From the NCBI GenBank assembly GCA_945870475.1, contig CAMBSR010000001.1, positions 1 through 34,764 on the forward strand: 34,764 nt of DNA, given 5' to 3'. Position numbers and translations under genes: made by a program. The notes below the pieces were generated by a model. That model was given only the letters and a program-made list of their open reading frames with translations, was not told where the DNA came from and made no database searches. How positions within the stretch are numbered: the first letter of the stretch is position 1; the number at the start of each line of letters is the position of its first letter. Shown here one piece after another: positions 14,973 to 23,068 of this stretch. This DNA is from Phycisphaera mikurensis NBRC 102666 (lineage in GTDB: Bacteria; Planctomycetota; Phycisphaerae; Phycisphaerales; SM1A02).

Positions 14973-16922
14973 GTGATCCGCAAGAAGGAAGAGGACAAGA
15001 AGAACAAGACGCCCATCCCGCAGGAGCCGCGCTGGTACGACGCCGGTGACTCCCTCGCGGCGCGCGTCAAGGCCGTGGCCGAGGCGGTGGGCCTCGACGG
15101 CGTGAGCGTCGAGATCACGGCGCCCGTGGCGCGGACCGACATCCGCCACGAGGTGGATCCCGTGGGCTTCGCCCGCTGGCAGCGCACCGTGCGCGGCACC
15201 ATCGGCGCCGGCGTGCGCTACCGCGTGAAGAGCATCGAGCGCAGCGGCACGAGCAGCAAGCCGCGCGCCCCGTTCATCACGAGCACGCTCCAATCGAGCG
15301 CGAGCTACGCACTCGGCTTCGGCACCGACCGCACCATGCGGGTGGCGCAGATGCTCTACCAGGGCGTCAACGTGCCGGGCGAGGGCCCGGTGGGCCTGAT
15401 CACCTACATGCGTACCGACAGCACCAACCTCTCGGGCGAAGCGCTGGGCACGGTGCGATCGTTCATCTCCGAGAAGTACGGCGAGAAGTACCTGCCCGAG
15501 AAGGCACGCTTCTACGGCTCGAGCAACAAGAGCGCGCAGGAGGCCCACGAGGCCATCCGCCCCACCAACGTGCGCCGCACGCCCGAGAGCCTGCGCGGCG
15601 TGATCGACGAGGAGCAGTGGCGCCTCTACAACCTGATCTGGCAGCGCTTCGTGGCCTGCCAGATGACGGACGCGCAGTACGACTCCACCAGCGTGCTCCT
15701 CGAGCGCAGCGACAAGGCCACCGGCGCCGTGTTCAAGGCCACCGGCCGCGTGCAGACCTTCGACGGCTACACCGTCACCGGCATCCGCGGCGAGGGCGAG
15801 GACCAGGAGCTTCCCGCCATGAAGGAAGGCCAGGAAATGGCGCCCTTCTGGCTCGATCCGCAGCAGAAGTTCACGAGCCCCCCGGCCCGCTTCAACGAGG
15901 CGAGCCTGGTGCGCGAGCTCGAGAAGCAGGGCATCGGCCGCCCGTCCACGTACGCCTCCATCATCAACACGATCGAGGAGCGCAAGTACGTGGAGCAGGT
16001 CAGCCGCGCGTTCCACGCCACGGACATCGGCATGGCCGTGTGCGGCTTCCTGGAGGAGCCGTTCAAGGGCAGCTTCATGGACGTGGGCTACACGCGGCGC
16101 ATCGAGGAGGAGTTCGACGAGATCGCCGAGGGCAAGCTCAAGTGGCAGGCGATGCTCAAGGAGTTCTACGTGCCGTTCAAGAGCGTGGTCGCGGGCCTCA
16201 TGGACCGCAAGCACGTGAAGGGCGAGATGGAGCTCGCGCCCTACGCCTGCCCCATCTGCAGCCGCCGCTGCGAATATCGCCTCGGCAAGACCGGCAAGTT
16301 CCTCTCCTGCAGCGGCTTCGCCGAGAAGGTGGAGGTCAAGCAGCCGCCCACCAAGAGCGGCAAGCCGCGCAAGCCGAAGTTCGAGCCCGCGTGCAACTAC
16401 GCCGCGCCCATCAACCGCCAGGGCAAGCCGATGCTTTCCGAGAAGGTGGACATCAAGTGCCCGGTGGACGGCGCGCCCATGATCCTGCGCACCGGCCGCT
16501 TCGGCGACTTCCTGACGAGCATCAACCGCGAGACCGACTTCATCCTGAACGTCGACCGCAAGGGCGGCATCAAGTTCCCGTCGCCGAAGCCGTACCTCAC
16601 CGACCTCCCCTGCCCCAAGTGCGGCACCATGATGAACCTGCGCACCGGCAAGCGCGGCCCGTGGCTCGGCTGCAGCGCGTTCCCCAAGTGCCGCGGCCGC
16701 GAGAGCTGGGCCAAGATCCCGGTGGAGCGGCAGCAGGAACTGGAGAAGGCCCTCGGCCTCCACGAGGCGAACCAGCCGAAGTTCGAGATCACCGCCCTCG
16801 ACGGCACCCCGCTCAAGGAAGGCACGCCGGTCGCGGCGCTCGTCATCCCGGGCGAGGAAGCGAAGCTCAAGTTCCACCCCGACTGGGAGCGCGAGCAGCG
16901 CGCGATGGGCGCGACGGGCTGA
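14973..16922 (+). CDS. topA: DNA topoisomerase I, C-terminal fragment (catalytic Tyr region, domains III/IV, Zn-ribbon repeats)
   Basis: PFITSTLQSSAS, ITYMRTDST (catalytic Tyr), HEAIRPT, GIGRPSTYASII, and C-terminal Cys-ribbons (CPICSRRCEYRLGKTGKFLSCSGF; CPKCGTMMNLRTGKRGPWLGCSAFPKC). The frame is open and continuous from 14943 immediately after the TAG. The GTG at 14973 is only the first start-like codon and has no SD. Confidence 0.85.
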   Translation: MIRKKEEDKKNKTPIPQEPRWYDAGDSLAARVKAVAEAVGLDGVSVEITAPVARTDIRHEVDPVGFARWQRTVRGTIGAGVRYRVKSIERSGTSSKPRAPFITSTLQSSASYALGFGTDRTMRVAQMLYQGVNVPGEGPVGLITYMRTDSTNLSGEALGTVRSFISEKYGEKYLPEKARFYGSSNKSAQEAHEAIRPTNVRRTPESLRGVIDEEQWRLYNLIWQRFVACQMTDAQYDSTSVLLERSDKATGAVFKATGRVQTFDGYTVTGIRGEGEDQELPAMKEGQEMAPFWLDPQQKFTSPPARFNEASLVRELEKQGIGRPSTYASIINTIEERKYVEQVSRAFHATDIGMAVCGFLEEPFKGSFMDVGYTRRIEEEFDEIAEGKLKWQAMLKEFYVPFKSVVAGLMDRKHVKGEMELAPYACPICSRRCEYRLGKTGKFLSCSGFAEKVEVKQPPTKSGKPRKPKFEPACNYAAPINRQGKPMLSEKVDIKCPVDGAPMILRTGRFGDFLTSINRETDFILNVDRKGGIKFPSPKPYLTDLPCPKCGTMMNLRTGKRGPWLGCSAFPKCRGRESWAKIPVERQQELEKALGLHEANQPKFEITALDGTPLKEGTPVAALVIPGEEAKLKFHPDWEREQRAMGATG

Positions 16923-17007
16923 GCGAGCGATGGACGGCTATCTCCGTCATGCTCAGGCGCGCTTCAGGCGAACGTCCATCCCCGCTGGATGCCGCACTGT
17001 CCGGAAG

Positions 17008-17631
17008 TCACACTGACCGTCGACGCGGGCGCCGGGCAAGCACTGCCGCGAGCCATGCGGCGGCCGGTCCGGGGATCGGGGCCACCTCCAGGCCGAACCG
17101 GTAGCTGCTCACCTGCGAGATGTCGAGTTCCATGATCCAGAGCGTGTAGGTTCCGGCCCCCAGCGGAGGCGTGAAGCCGACGGAGCCCGGCGAGCGGGCC
17201 ATCATGGGGAGCAGGTCGGAGCCAATGTCCGAGCTTCCGAAGTGCGACCATCCAAGAAGCGGCGAATTGACGTTGCTCCAGGTCCAGGGGATCGTCACCT
17301 CCGGCCCGGCCTGCATGCCGACGAACGAGAAAGCGCCTCCCACGAAGGCGTCCTGCACCAAGAACCGCGTGAGCACGTGCCCGACCGGCACGGTGAACCG
17401 CACGTAGTCAAGATCGTGCATGTCCGGCACCGGCGACAGCCCGGAGAGTCCGGCAATCACGTTCATGCCGGCCTCAAGCGTGACCGCCGTCGGCGCCAGG
17501 CGATCGTCGGAGAAATCCCCGGACGTCGCCTCGTCGAGGACGATCCCGGCCCGCGCCTGCATCTGAGGAAAGGTCGCCCCGAGGGCGGCACCGAGGGCGA
17601 GCGGGAGCGCGATGGGCGTGGACGCGTTCAT
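17008..17631 (-). CDS. secreted protein with PEP-CTERM-like C-terminal sorting tail (hypothetical)
   Basis: Start ATG 17631 gives MNASTPIALPLALGAALGATFPQMQARA (signal peptide). The C-terminus APIPGPAAAWLAAVLARRPRRRSV has a Pro motif, a short hydrophobic helix and an Arg cluster. 207 aa. The track ORF's upstream extension is Arg/Pro-rich. Confidence 0.6.
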   Translation of the reverse strand: MNASTPIALPLALGAALGATFPQMQARAGIVLDEATSGDFSDDRLAPTAVTLEAGMNVIAGLSGLSPVPDMHDLDYVRFTVPVGHVLTRFLVQDAFVGGAFSFVGMQAGPEVTIPWTWSNVNSPLLGWSHFGSSDIGSDLLPMMARSPGSVGFTPPLGAGTYTLWIMELDISQVSSYRFGLEVAPIPGPAAAWLAAVLARRPRRRSV

Positions 17632-17746
17632 GAGCAGGATTCTTCCCCACGTCGGTGAAGAAGACGCACGCGCTGCGTCAGGATCCGGCGAAGTTTCGCC
17701 CGGCCTCCACCTTCCGGCGTGCGCAACCCGTCGCCCTGGGATCCAA

Positions 17747-17779
17747 GCGAAAACCCGCCCCGGCATGCGCCGGGGCGGG
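17747..17779 (-). terminator. rho-independent terminator after the MFS transporter gene
   Basis: Perfect 11-bp GC stem CCCGCCCCGGC / GCCGGGGCGGG (17754-17764 / 17769-17779) with a 4-nt loop. On the minus strand it is followed by UUUUCGCUU. It lies 44 nt downstream of the stop at 17823. Confidence 0.7.
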
Positions 17780-17822
17780 CTGTTTCAATCACTGACACGC
17801 GCGGGCGATGGCCCGCGTCTAC

Positions 17823-19145
17823 TCAGGCCTTCTTGCCGCGGGGGTAGAAGATCGTCAGGAGCATGTAACAGGCGATGGCCATCCACATGGGCACCGTGAA
17901 GAGCTTCACGTAGTCCATGGGCTGGTCGCCGCCGCCGGTGGCGTACTTGGCCACGACGCTGGTGGCGAAGAGGCTGCCGACGATGATGCCGATGCCGATG
18001 ATCACCAGGTTGTAGAGGTTCTGCGCGGTGGCACGGATGTCGGGCGAGGTGTTCTCGTCGACGATCATGAACGCCACGAAGATGAAGCAGCCGAAGCACA
18101 GGCCGTGGAGCGCCACGCCCAGGAGCACGAACGGCAGCGTCGGTGCGTAGGCAAAGAGCGCCATGCGGGCCGCGTACGCCGCGCATCCGATCAGGAGCAG
18201 GCGCTTGCGCGAGATGCTCTTGGCGAGGAACGGCATGGCCGCGAGCACCAGCATCTCGGTCATCTGGCCGATGGTCATGAGGCCGCCGCCGCCGACGCCG
18301 AGCACCTGGTTCACGGCCTTGGCGAAGGCGTTGGCGCCCTCGCTGTTGGCCTTGTTCTGGATCTCGCTGACGAAGCCGCTGGTGAACACGAAGTAGAACT
18401 GGTGCACCATGCTGATCGGGATGGAGACCAGGAACAGCGTGATGAGCGGCTGCTTCATGATCTCGCCGATGCCTTCGAGCCACGCGGTCTTCTCGGCGGC
18501 GCTCTTGGTGGGGGGCGTGTTCGGGAGCGTCAGGCAGTAGAGGGCCATCACCACGCCGAGGCCGGCGCTGATCTGGAACGCCACGGCACGGCCCGCGTTC
18601 TGGGCAGCGGTCACCTCGGCCTCGCTCACGCCCGTGGGGGTGTGGTTACGAAGGAGGATCTGGCCGATGGCGATGCCGGCGGCGATCCAGCCGATGGTGC
18701 CCCACAGGCGCACCGGGCCGAAGTCACGGTCACGGTCCGGGAGGTTGGCGAAGGAGATGGAGTTCGTCAGCGCGAGGGTCGGCGCGTAGACGAGGCCGTA
18801 GACGAAGCTGAGGACGAGGAAGACCTCGAACTTGGCGGCGTCGGCCAACAGGTAGACGAGCACCGCGCCGATCAGGTGGCTGACCGCGAGCAGCTTCTCG
18901 GTGGCGAACGAACGGTCGGCAAGCTGGCCAGCAAGGAACGGACCGGCGAGCGCGCCCACGGCGCCGGCCATGAGGCACAGGCCGGTCTGGTCGAGCGAGA
19001 AGCTCCGGTGACCCATGAGGAACGGGTACAGGATGGGAAGCCACGCGCCCCAGATGGCGTACTGGAGGAACATCATCACCGACAGGCGGGTGCGGATGTA
19101 GGGGGCGGCGCCCGGGGCGGGTGCCGTTGCGGTGGTCGTTGCCAT
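17823..19145 (-). CDS. MFS transporter, nucleoside:H+ symporter (NupG/XapB/YegT-like) family
   Basis: MMFLQYAIWGAWLPIL, AGQLADRSFATEKLLAVSHLIGAV, YAPTLALTNSISF and FGPVRLWGTIGWI parallel NupG-family motifs (LSFLQFCLWGSWL, PTLGLINTISY, IRIWGTIGFI). About 12 TM segments. ATG 19145 is preceded by GAGGAG. The track ORF extension to 20633 is antisense to ispG and the tRNA and is rejected. Confidence 0.85.
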   Translation of the reverse strand: MATTTATAPAPGAAPYIRTRLSVMMFLQYAIWGAWLPILYPFLMGHRSFSLDQTGLCLMAGAVGALAGPFLAGQLADRSFATEKLLAVSHLIGAVLVYLLADAAKFEVFLVLSFVYGLVYAPTLALTNSISFANLPDRDRDFGPVRLWGTIGWIAAGIAIGQILLRNHTPTGVSEAEVTAAQNAGRAVAFQISAGLGVVMALYCLTLPNTPPTKSAAEKTAWLEGIGEIMKQPLITLFLVSIPISMVHQFYFVFTSGFVSEIQNKANSEGANAFAKAVNQVLGVGGGGLMTIGQMTEMLVLAAMPFLAKSISRKRLLLIGCAAYAARMALFAYAPTLPFVLLGVALHGLCFGCFIFVAFMIVDENTSPDIRATAQNLYNLVIIGIGIIVGSLFATSVVAKYATGGGDQPMDYVKLFTVPMWMAIACYMLLTIFYPRGKKA

Positions 19146-19283
19146 GCGTATCTCCTCGCCCCTTCGCGGGACGATTGCTTGGGTTTCCGGGCAGCCGGTC
19201 GGATGCCTTCGGGGACGGATCATAACTATGCCTGCCAGAACCTGCCACGTGGGTTCTGCTGATCGGGATACACTCGTCGAACT

Positions 19284-20537
19284 ATGCAGGACCGCAGGAA
19301 GACGCGCAAGGTTGCGATCGGTGACGATCGCGTAGGCCGCAAGTTCATCGGCGGCGACGCCCCGATCCTGGTGCAGACCATGACGGCGGGCTACACGTAC
19401 GACATCGATGCGTGCGTTGCCGAGATCGAGCGCTACCGCCAGGCCGGCGCCGACGTGGTGCGCGTGGCCGTGCCCGAGCGCAAGGACACCGACGCGCTCA
19501 AGGAGATCATCAAGCAGGTCAAGGTGCCGATCGTCGCCGACGTGCACTTCCACTTCCAGCGCGCCCTCGAGGCCGTCGAGGCCGGGGTCCACAAGATCCG
19601 CCTCAACCCGGGCAACATCAGCGACCGCGACCAGGTGAACAAGGTCATCGACGCCTGCAAGGAGCGGAAGATCCCCATCCGCATCGGCGTCAACGAAGGC
19701 TCGATCATCGAGCGCAAGGACAAGCAGAAGCGTATGGAGGAGCTCGGCAAGTACTTCGCCGGGCACAAGTCGGGCCACCTGCTCGCCCTCATGATCGCCA
19801 AGCTCGAGGAGTACGTCGAGATCTTCCAGGCGCGCGACTTCCACGACGTGGTGATCAGCGCCAAGAGCATGGACCCGGCGCTGGTGATCGACGTCTACAC
19901 CGAGATCGCCAACCGCTTCGATTACCCCCTGCACCTGGGCGTGACGCATGCCGGACCGAAGTCCACCGGCGCCATCCGCTCCGTGGCCGCGCTGAGCACG
20001 CTGATCGCCAACGGCATCGGCGACACGCTCCGCATCAGCTACGCGAGCGACCACGTGGACGAGGTGAAGGACGGCCTGGAGATCCTCTACTGCCTGGGCA
20101 AGCGCGAGCGCAAGGGCGTGGAACTGATCGCCTGCCCCACCTGCGGCCGCATCCAGGTGGATCTCTTCACCCTGGTGAAGGAAGTGGAAGAGAAGCTGGC
20201 CACCGACATCGAGCTGCCGATCAAGGTGGCCGTCATGGGCTGCATCGTGAACGGCCCCGGCGAGGCCGAGGGCGCCGACGTGGCGGTGTTCGCCGGCGAT
20301 CGCCGCGGCATCATCTACGTCCAGGGCCAGCGCGTGGCCAACGTGCCCGAGGAAGAGATCCTCGAGCGACTCCTCAAGGAGTGCAAGGAGTTCGAGGCAC
20401 GCGTCAAGCGCGGCGAGGCGAAGCTCGGCGAGAAGGTGGTCGAGATCCTGCCGCCGGACCCGATCGGCGAACTCGGCTCCGGCAAGGAGAAGATCAAGGC
20501 CGGGCTCGTGGAGCAGATCACGGTGCGCGCCACCTGA
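19284..20537 (+). CDS. ispG: 4-hydroxy-3-methylbut-2-en-1-yl diphosphate synthase (flavodoxin), MEP pathway
   Basis: GGDAPILVQTMT, VRVAVP, PIVADVHF, IRLNPGNI, IRIGVNEGS, and the Fe-S ligand motifs ACPTCGR and GCIVNGPGE. 417 aa, TGA stop. Confidence 0.93.
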   Translation: MQDRRKTRKVAIGDDRVGRKFIGGDAPILVQTMTAGYTYDIDACVAEIERYRQAGADVVRVAVPERKDTDALKEIIKQVKVPIVADVHFHFQRALEAVEAGVHKIRLNPGNISDRDQVNKVIDACKERKIPIRIGVNEGSIIERKDKQKRMEELGKYFAGHKSGHLLALMIAKLEEYVEIFQARDFHDVVISAKSMDPALVIDVYTEIANRFDYPLHLGVTHAGPKSTGAIRSVAALSTLIANGIGDTLRISYASDHVDEVKDGLEILYCLGKRERKGVELIACPTCGRIQVDLFTLVKEVEEKLATDIELPIKVAVMGCIVNGPGEAEGADVAVFAGDRRGIIYVQGQRVANVPEEEILERLLKECKEFEARVKRGEAKLGEKVVEILPPDPIGELGSGKEKIKAGLVEQITVRAT

Positions 20538-20579
20538 GCGCGGCCGGGAGCCCACGCGCTCGGAACGCATGAACACCCT

Positions 20580-20667
20580 GGTGGGGTGGCTGAGCGGTTG
20601 AAAGCACTCGACTTGAAATCGAGCAGACCCCACAAGGGTCTCAGGGGTTCGAATCCTCTCCCCACCG
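20580..20667 (+). tRNA. tRNA-Ser (anticodon UGA), class II with long variable arm
   Basis: Hand fold: acceptor GGTGGGG/CCCCACC with discriminator G; D-arm GCT-GAGCGGTTGAA-AGC; anticodon stem CTCGA/TCGAG with loop CT-TGA-AA; variable stem AGACCC/GGGTCT; T-arm AGGGG-TTCGAAT-CCTCT. CCA is not encoded. Confidence 0.9.
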
Positions 20668-20681
20668 CTTGAAGACGTGAC

Positions 20682-20711
20682 TGCCCGGCTGCATGGCCGG
20701 GCATTTCATTT
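20682..20711 (+). terminator. rho-independent terminator after tRNA-Ser
   Basis: TGCCCGGC-TGCATG-GCCGGGCA (8-bp stem) followed by TTTCATTT, 15 nt after the tRNA 3' end. Confidence 0.7.
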
Positions 20712-20763
20712 GGGAGCGGGCACTTCATTCGGTCAGGATGGTCGCAGTGCTGCGCGCGGCCGC

Positions 20764-21918
20764 TCACTTGCCGGCGGGTGCCGCGGGAACGACGGGCTTC
20801 GCCGGTTCCGACGGTGCCACCGGCGCGGGCGGAACCTGCACGGTGGGCGAACCGCCGCGTGCGGGCCAGTAGCCCGCGACGATGGTGGGCAGCAGGAAGA
20901 CGCTGGTGCGGCCGGTGATGTACAGCGTGCGCCCGTCGGCGCCGCCGAAGGCGCAGTTGGACACCGGCTCCGGGAACATGACGCGCCCGAGCGGCTTGCC
21001 CTGCGGATCGAAGACGAGGACCGCGGTGGCGCTCGGGACGGCCACCCAGACGTTCCCCATGGAGTCGACGGTGAGGCCGTCGCCGCCGGTGATGCGCTTC
21101 GGGTCGTTCAGGATGGCAAGCGACGCGAACACGCGACCGGTGCCGAGCTTTGCGGGGCCCTCCACCGGATAGGCCCAGACCACCGGCTTGCCGTAGTCGG
21201 CCACGTAGAGCGTCTTGCCGTCCGGCGACAGGCGAATGCCGTTGGGGCGATCGATCTCGGGCACCGGGAACTGGATGGGTTCCGCTCCGGCGGTGGTCGA
21301 GTAGTAGATGCCGTGCCGCTCGGGACGGCGGCGCTCGCCCATGTTGGTGAACCACATGCCGCCATCGGTGCCGACGGCGATGTCGTTGACGTTGGGGCGA
21401 AGCTCGCCGTGGTAGGACTCGATGACTCCCTTGAGCTCGCCCGTGCCGTCCGTGGAGAGGACCACCTCGCAGACGCGCCCCGTGTACATCTGCACCGCGT
21501 ACAGCCGGCCCTCGCGGGAGAAGGCGAGGCCGGAGCAGCCCTTGGTGTCCTCGAGCACCACGTCGGCGCGGTAGCCCTTGGTGTCGCGCGCGATGCGGTA
21601 CATGCGCACCGCGGAGATGTCGCAGAAGTACGTCTCGCCGTAGGCATCGGAGGCCGGGCCTTCGCCGAACTGGAGACCCTTGATGATGACCTCGGGCCGC
21701 GCGTCGGGTGCCACCAGGCCGGCGATGCCGGGCTTGCCCAGGATGTCGGCGGCGGGCGAGGCGGAGGGTGCCATGACGCCCGGAACTCCCGGCGCGGCGG
21801 GCGGCGTGGGGGCAGCGGGCGGCGTCACGGGCGCAGCAGCCGGCGTCGCGGGTGCAGCAGCCGGCGGAACGGGGGCGGACTGGGTGAGCGCGAGGAGGAG
21901 CGAGGCGGCGATGAACAT
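20764..21918 (-). CDS. secreted SMP-30/gluconolactonase/LRE-like beta-propeller protein with Pro/Ala-rich N- and C-terminal linkers
   Basis: 384 aa. Short signal peptide MFIAASLLLALTQSAP, a Pro/Ala-rich linker, then propeller-type motifs (GEGPASD, NDIAVGTDGGMWFT, PNGIRLSPDGKTLYVAD, GGDGLTVDSMGNVWVA, SNCAFGGADGRTLYIT). TGA stop. Confidence 0.8.
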   Translation of the reverse strand: MFIAASLLLALTQSAPVPPAAAPATPAAAPVTPPAAPTPPAAPGVPGVMAPSASPAADILGKPGIAGLVAPDARPEVIIKGLQFGEGPASDAYGETYFCDISAVRMYRIARDTKGYRADVVLEDTKGCSGLAFSREGRLYAVQMYTGRVCEVVLSTDGTGELKGVIESYHGELRPNVNDIAVGTDGGMWFTNMGERRRPERHGIYYSTTAGAEPIQFPVPEIDRPNGIRLSPDGKTLYVADYGKPVVWAYPVEGPAKLGTGRVFASLAILNDPKRITGGDGLTVDSMGNVWVAVPSATAVLVFDPQGKPLGRVMFPEPVSNCAFGGADGRTLYITGRTSVFLLPTIVAGYWPARGGSPTVQVPPAPVAPSEPAKPVVPAAPAGK

Positions 21919-21937
21919 GGCGTGAGTCCGTTGCGTG

Positions 21938-23068
21938 TCAGGGTTTCGCCGGGAGGTCGTCGCCGATCGGCGACTCGCCGCGCATCACGCGGTCCCAGGC
22001 GTTCGACTCGATGAGGCTGCCGACGAAGCGGTCGTAGCCACGCTCGAATCGCTCATAGTCATCGTCCAGATACACCTTGATCAGCCAGATTCCGGCCTTG
22101 GCGTCGAGCGCCAGGCGCCGGGCACGGGCATCGGGAATGGCCGGCGACGAGCGGATCCGCGCGGGGATTGCGCCGCTCACGGCATCGCTGAGCATGGATT
22201 CGAGGCCGGCCCGGTAGCGGCCGCCCTCACCGTCGCGGATGTAGTGCACCAGCGCCCAGACCTGGGCGTAGTAGGCGAGCTGCGCGTCGCGGCTGGTCTC
22301 CAGGAACTGCTGCGGCGAGCCCTCGAGCACCTCGCGGAGCGTGGCGAGCCGGCCCTTGCGTGCGGCGGTACGAAGTTCGGCATACCGCTCCGGGTTGCGC
22401 CACGGCAGGAAGATGGGCTCCGCCGCATCCTTCGGCTGGCGGAAGCCTTCCATGAAGCAGGCGATCCCTTCCTCGAGCCACACGGGCAGCGAGTAGCGGA
22501 GCGTGGTCTGCGAGTACTGGTGCCAGCCCTCGTGCGCGGCGATGGCGAGCGTGTCGCGCGGGCCGATGTCGTAGAGCACGGCCTCGCCGCCCGAGGTGAA
22601 GCCGCCCCGCCCCATCTTGAGGTACGGCGCGGCGTCGGAACCCAGGCGATGCTCGGTGTAGCGCGACCATTCCTCGCGCGTGCCGAAGACGCATGCCTCG
22701 AGCTGGCGCGGCGGTTCGGGGAGCGAGACCAGGCCGTTGCGGTAGTTGCGCAGCGCGGCCTCGTAGAAGGCGGGCAGCGAACCGGTGAAGGTGGCGCTGC
22801 GGAGCGACGAGCGGATGGTCCAGTGCGCGGTCTCCACCTCGAGGCCCTGCACGGAGGTCCAGCGCCACTCGCGCGTGGACACCACCGGGCTCACCGCAAG
22901 CGACGCGGGCAGCGCGCCGCGCGAGGTGCCGGGCGCGGCGACTGGCGCCGGGCGCGCGGCAGGTGCGGACGTGCACGAAGCCGCGACGGCCGAGCACGCG
23001 CCGGAGACGGCGACGAGGGCGGCCAGGCGACGGATGGACGTCAAGAGCACGCCATCAGCGTAGGGCAT
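21938..23068 (-). CDS. lipoprotein with HExxH motif (DUF1570 / peptidase-MA-like, hypothetical)
   Basis: LAALVAVSGAC lipobox and an HEGWHQ (HExxH) motif. The overall layout resembles planctomycete DUF1570 proteins (recalled from memory). ATG 23068 overlaps the valS 3' end by 14 nt. GTG 23050, just after the valS TGA, is an alternative start. Confidence 0.7.
   Translation of the reverse strand: MPYADGVLLTSIRRLAALVAVSGACSAVAASCTSAPAARPAPVAAPGTSRGALPASLAVSPVVSTREWRWTSVQGLEVETAHWTIRSSLRSATFTGSLPAFYEAALRNYRNGLVSLPEPPRQLEACVFGTREEWSRYTEHRLGSDAAPYLKMGRGGFTSGGEAVLYDIGPRDTLAIAAHEGWHQYSQTTLRYSLPVWLEEGIACFMEGFRQPKDAAEPIFLPWRNPERYAELRTAARKGRLATLREVLEGSPQQFLETSRDAQLAYYAQVWALVHYIRDGEGGRYRAGLESMLSDAVSGAIPARIRSSPAIPDARARRLALDAKAGIWLIKVYLDDDYERFERGYDRFVGSLIESNAWDRVMRGESPIGDDLPAKP

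Noticed and set aside
13842-16877. 1011-aa minus-strand ORF
   Set aside because: It is antisense to topA. The translation is monotonous L/A/R/G/E/D sequence without motifs, whereas topA motifs on the plus strand are unequivocal.
16929-16980. 8-bp inverted repeat GATGGACG … CGTCCATC between the convergent topA and PEP-CTERM-like genes, as a possible bidirectional terminator
   Set aside because: The arms are separated by a 36-nt loop with no convincing inner pairing, and there is no U-tract on either strand. Too weak to call.
19240-19256. TGGCAG-N-GGCA resembling a sigma54 -24/-12 element upstream of the MFS gene
   Set aside because: The GG-to-GC spacing is one nucleotide off the consensus, and the -12 TTGC is absent (CTGGC instead).
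19146-20633. Upstream extension of the MFS ORF (track ORF 17823..20633, 936 aa)
   Set aside because: The extension runs antisense through ispG and through the tRNA-Ser gene. The transporter homology begins at MATTTATAP… (ATG 19145), which has a GAGGAG SD.
21780-21890. Imperfect ~21-nt tandem repetition (gcagcNgNcggcgtcNcggg…)
   Set aside because: It lies inside the SMP-30-like CDS and encodes the Pro/Ala-rich linker (PAAAPATPAAAPVTPPAAPTPPAAPG). It is low-complexity coding sequence, not a CRISPR array or non-coding repeat.
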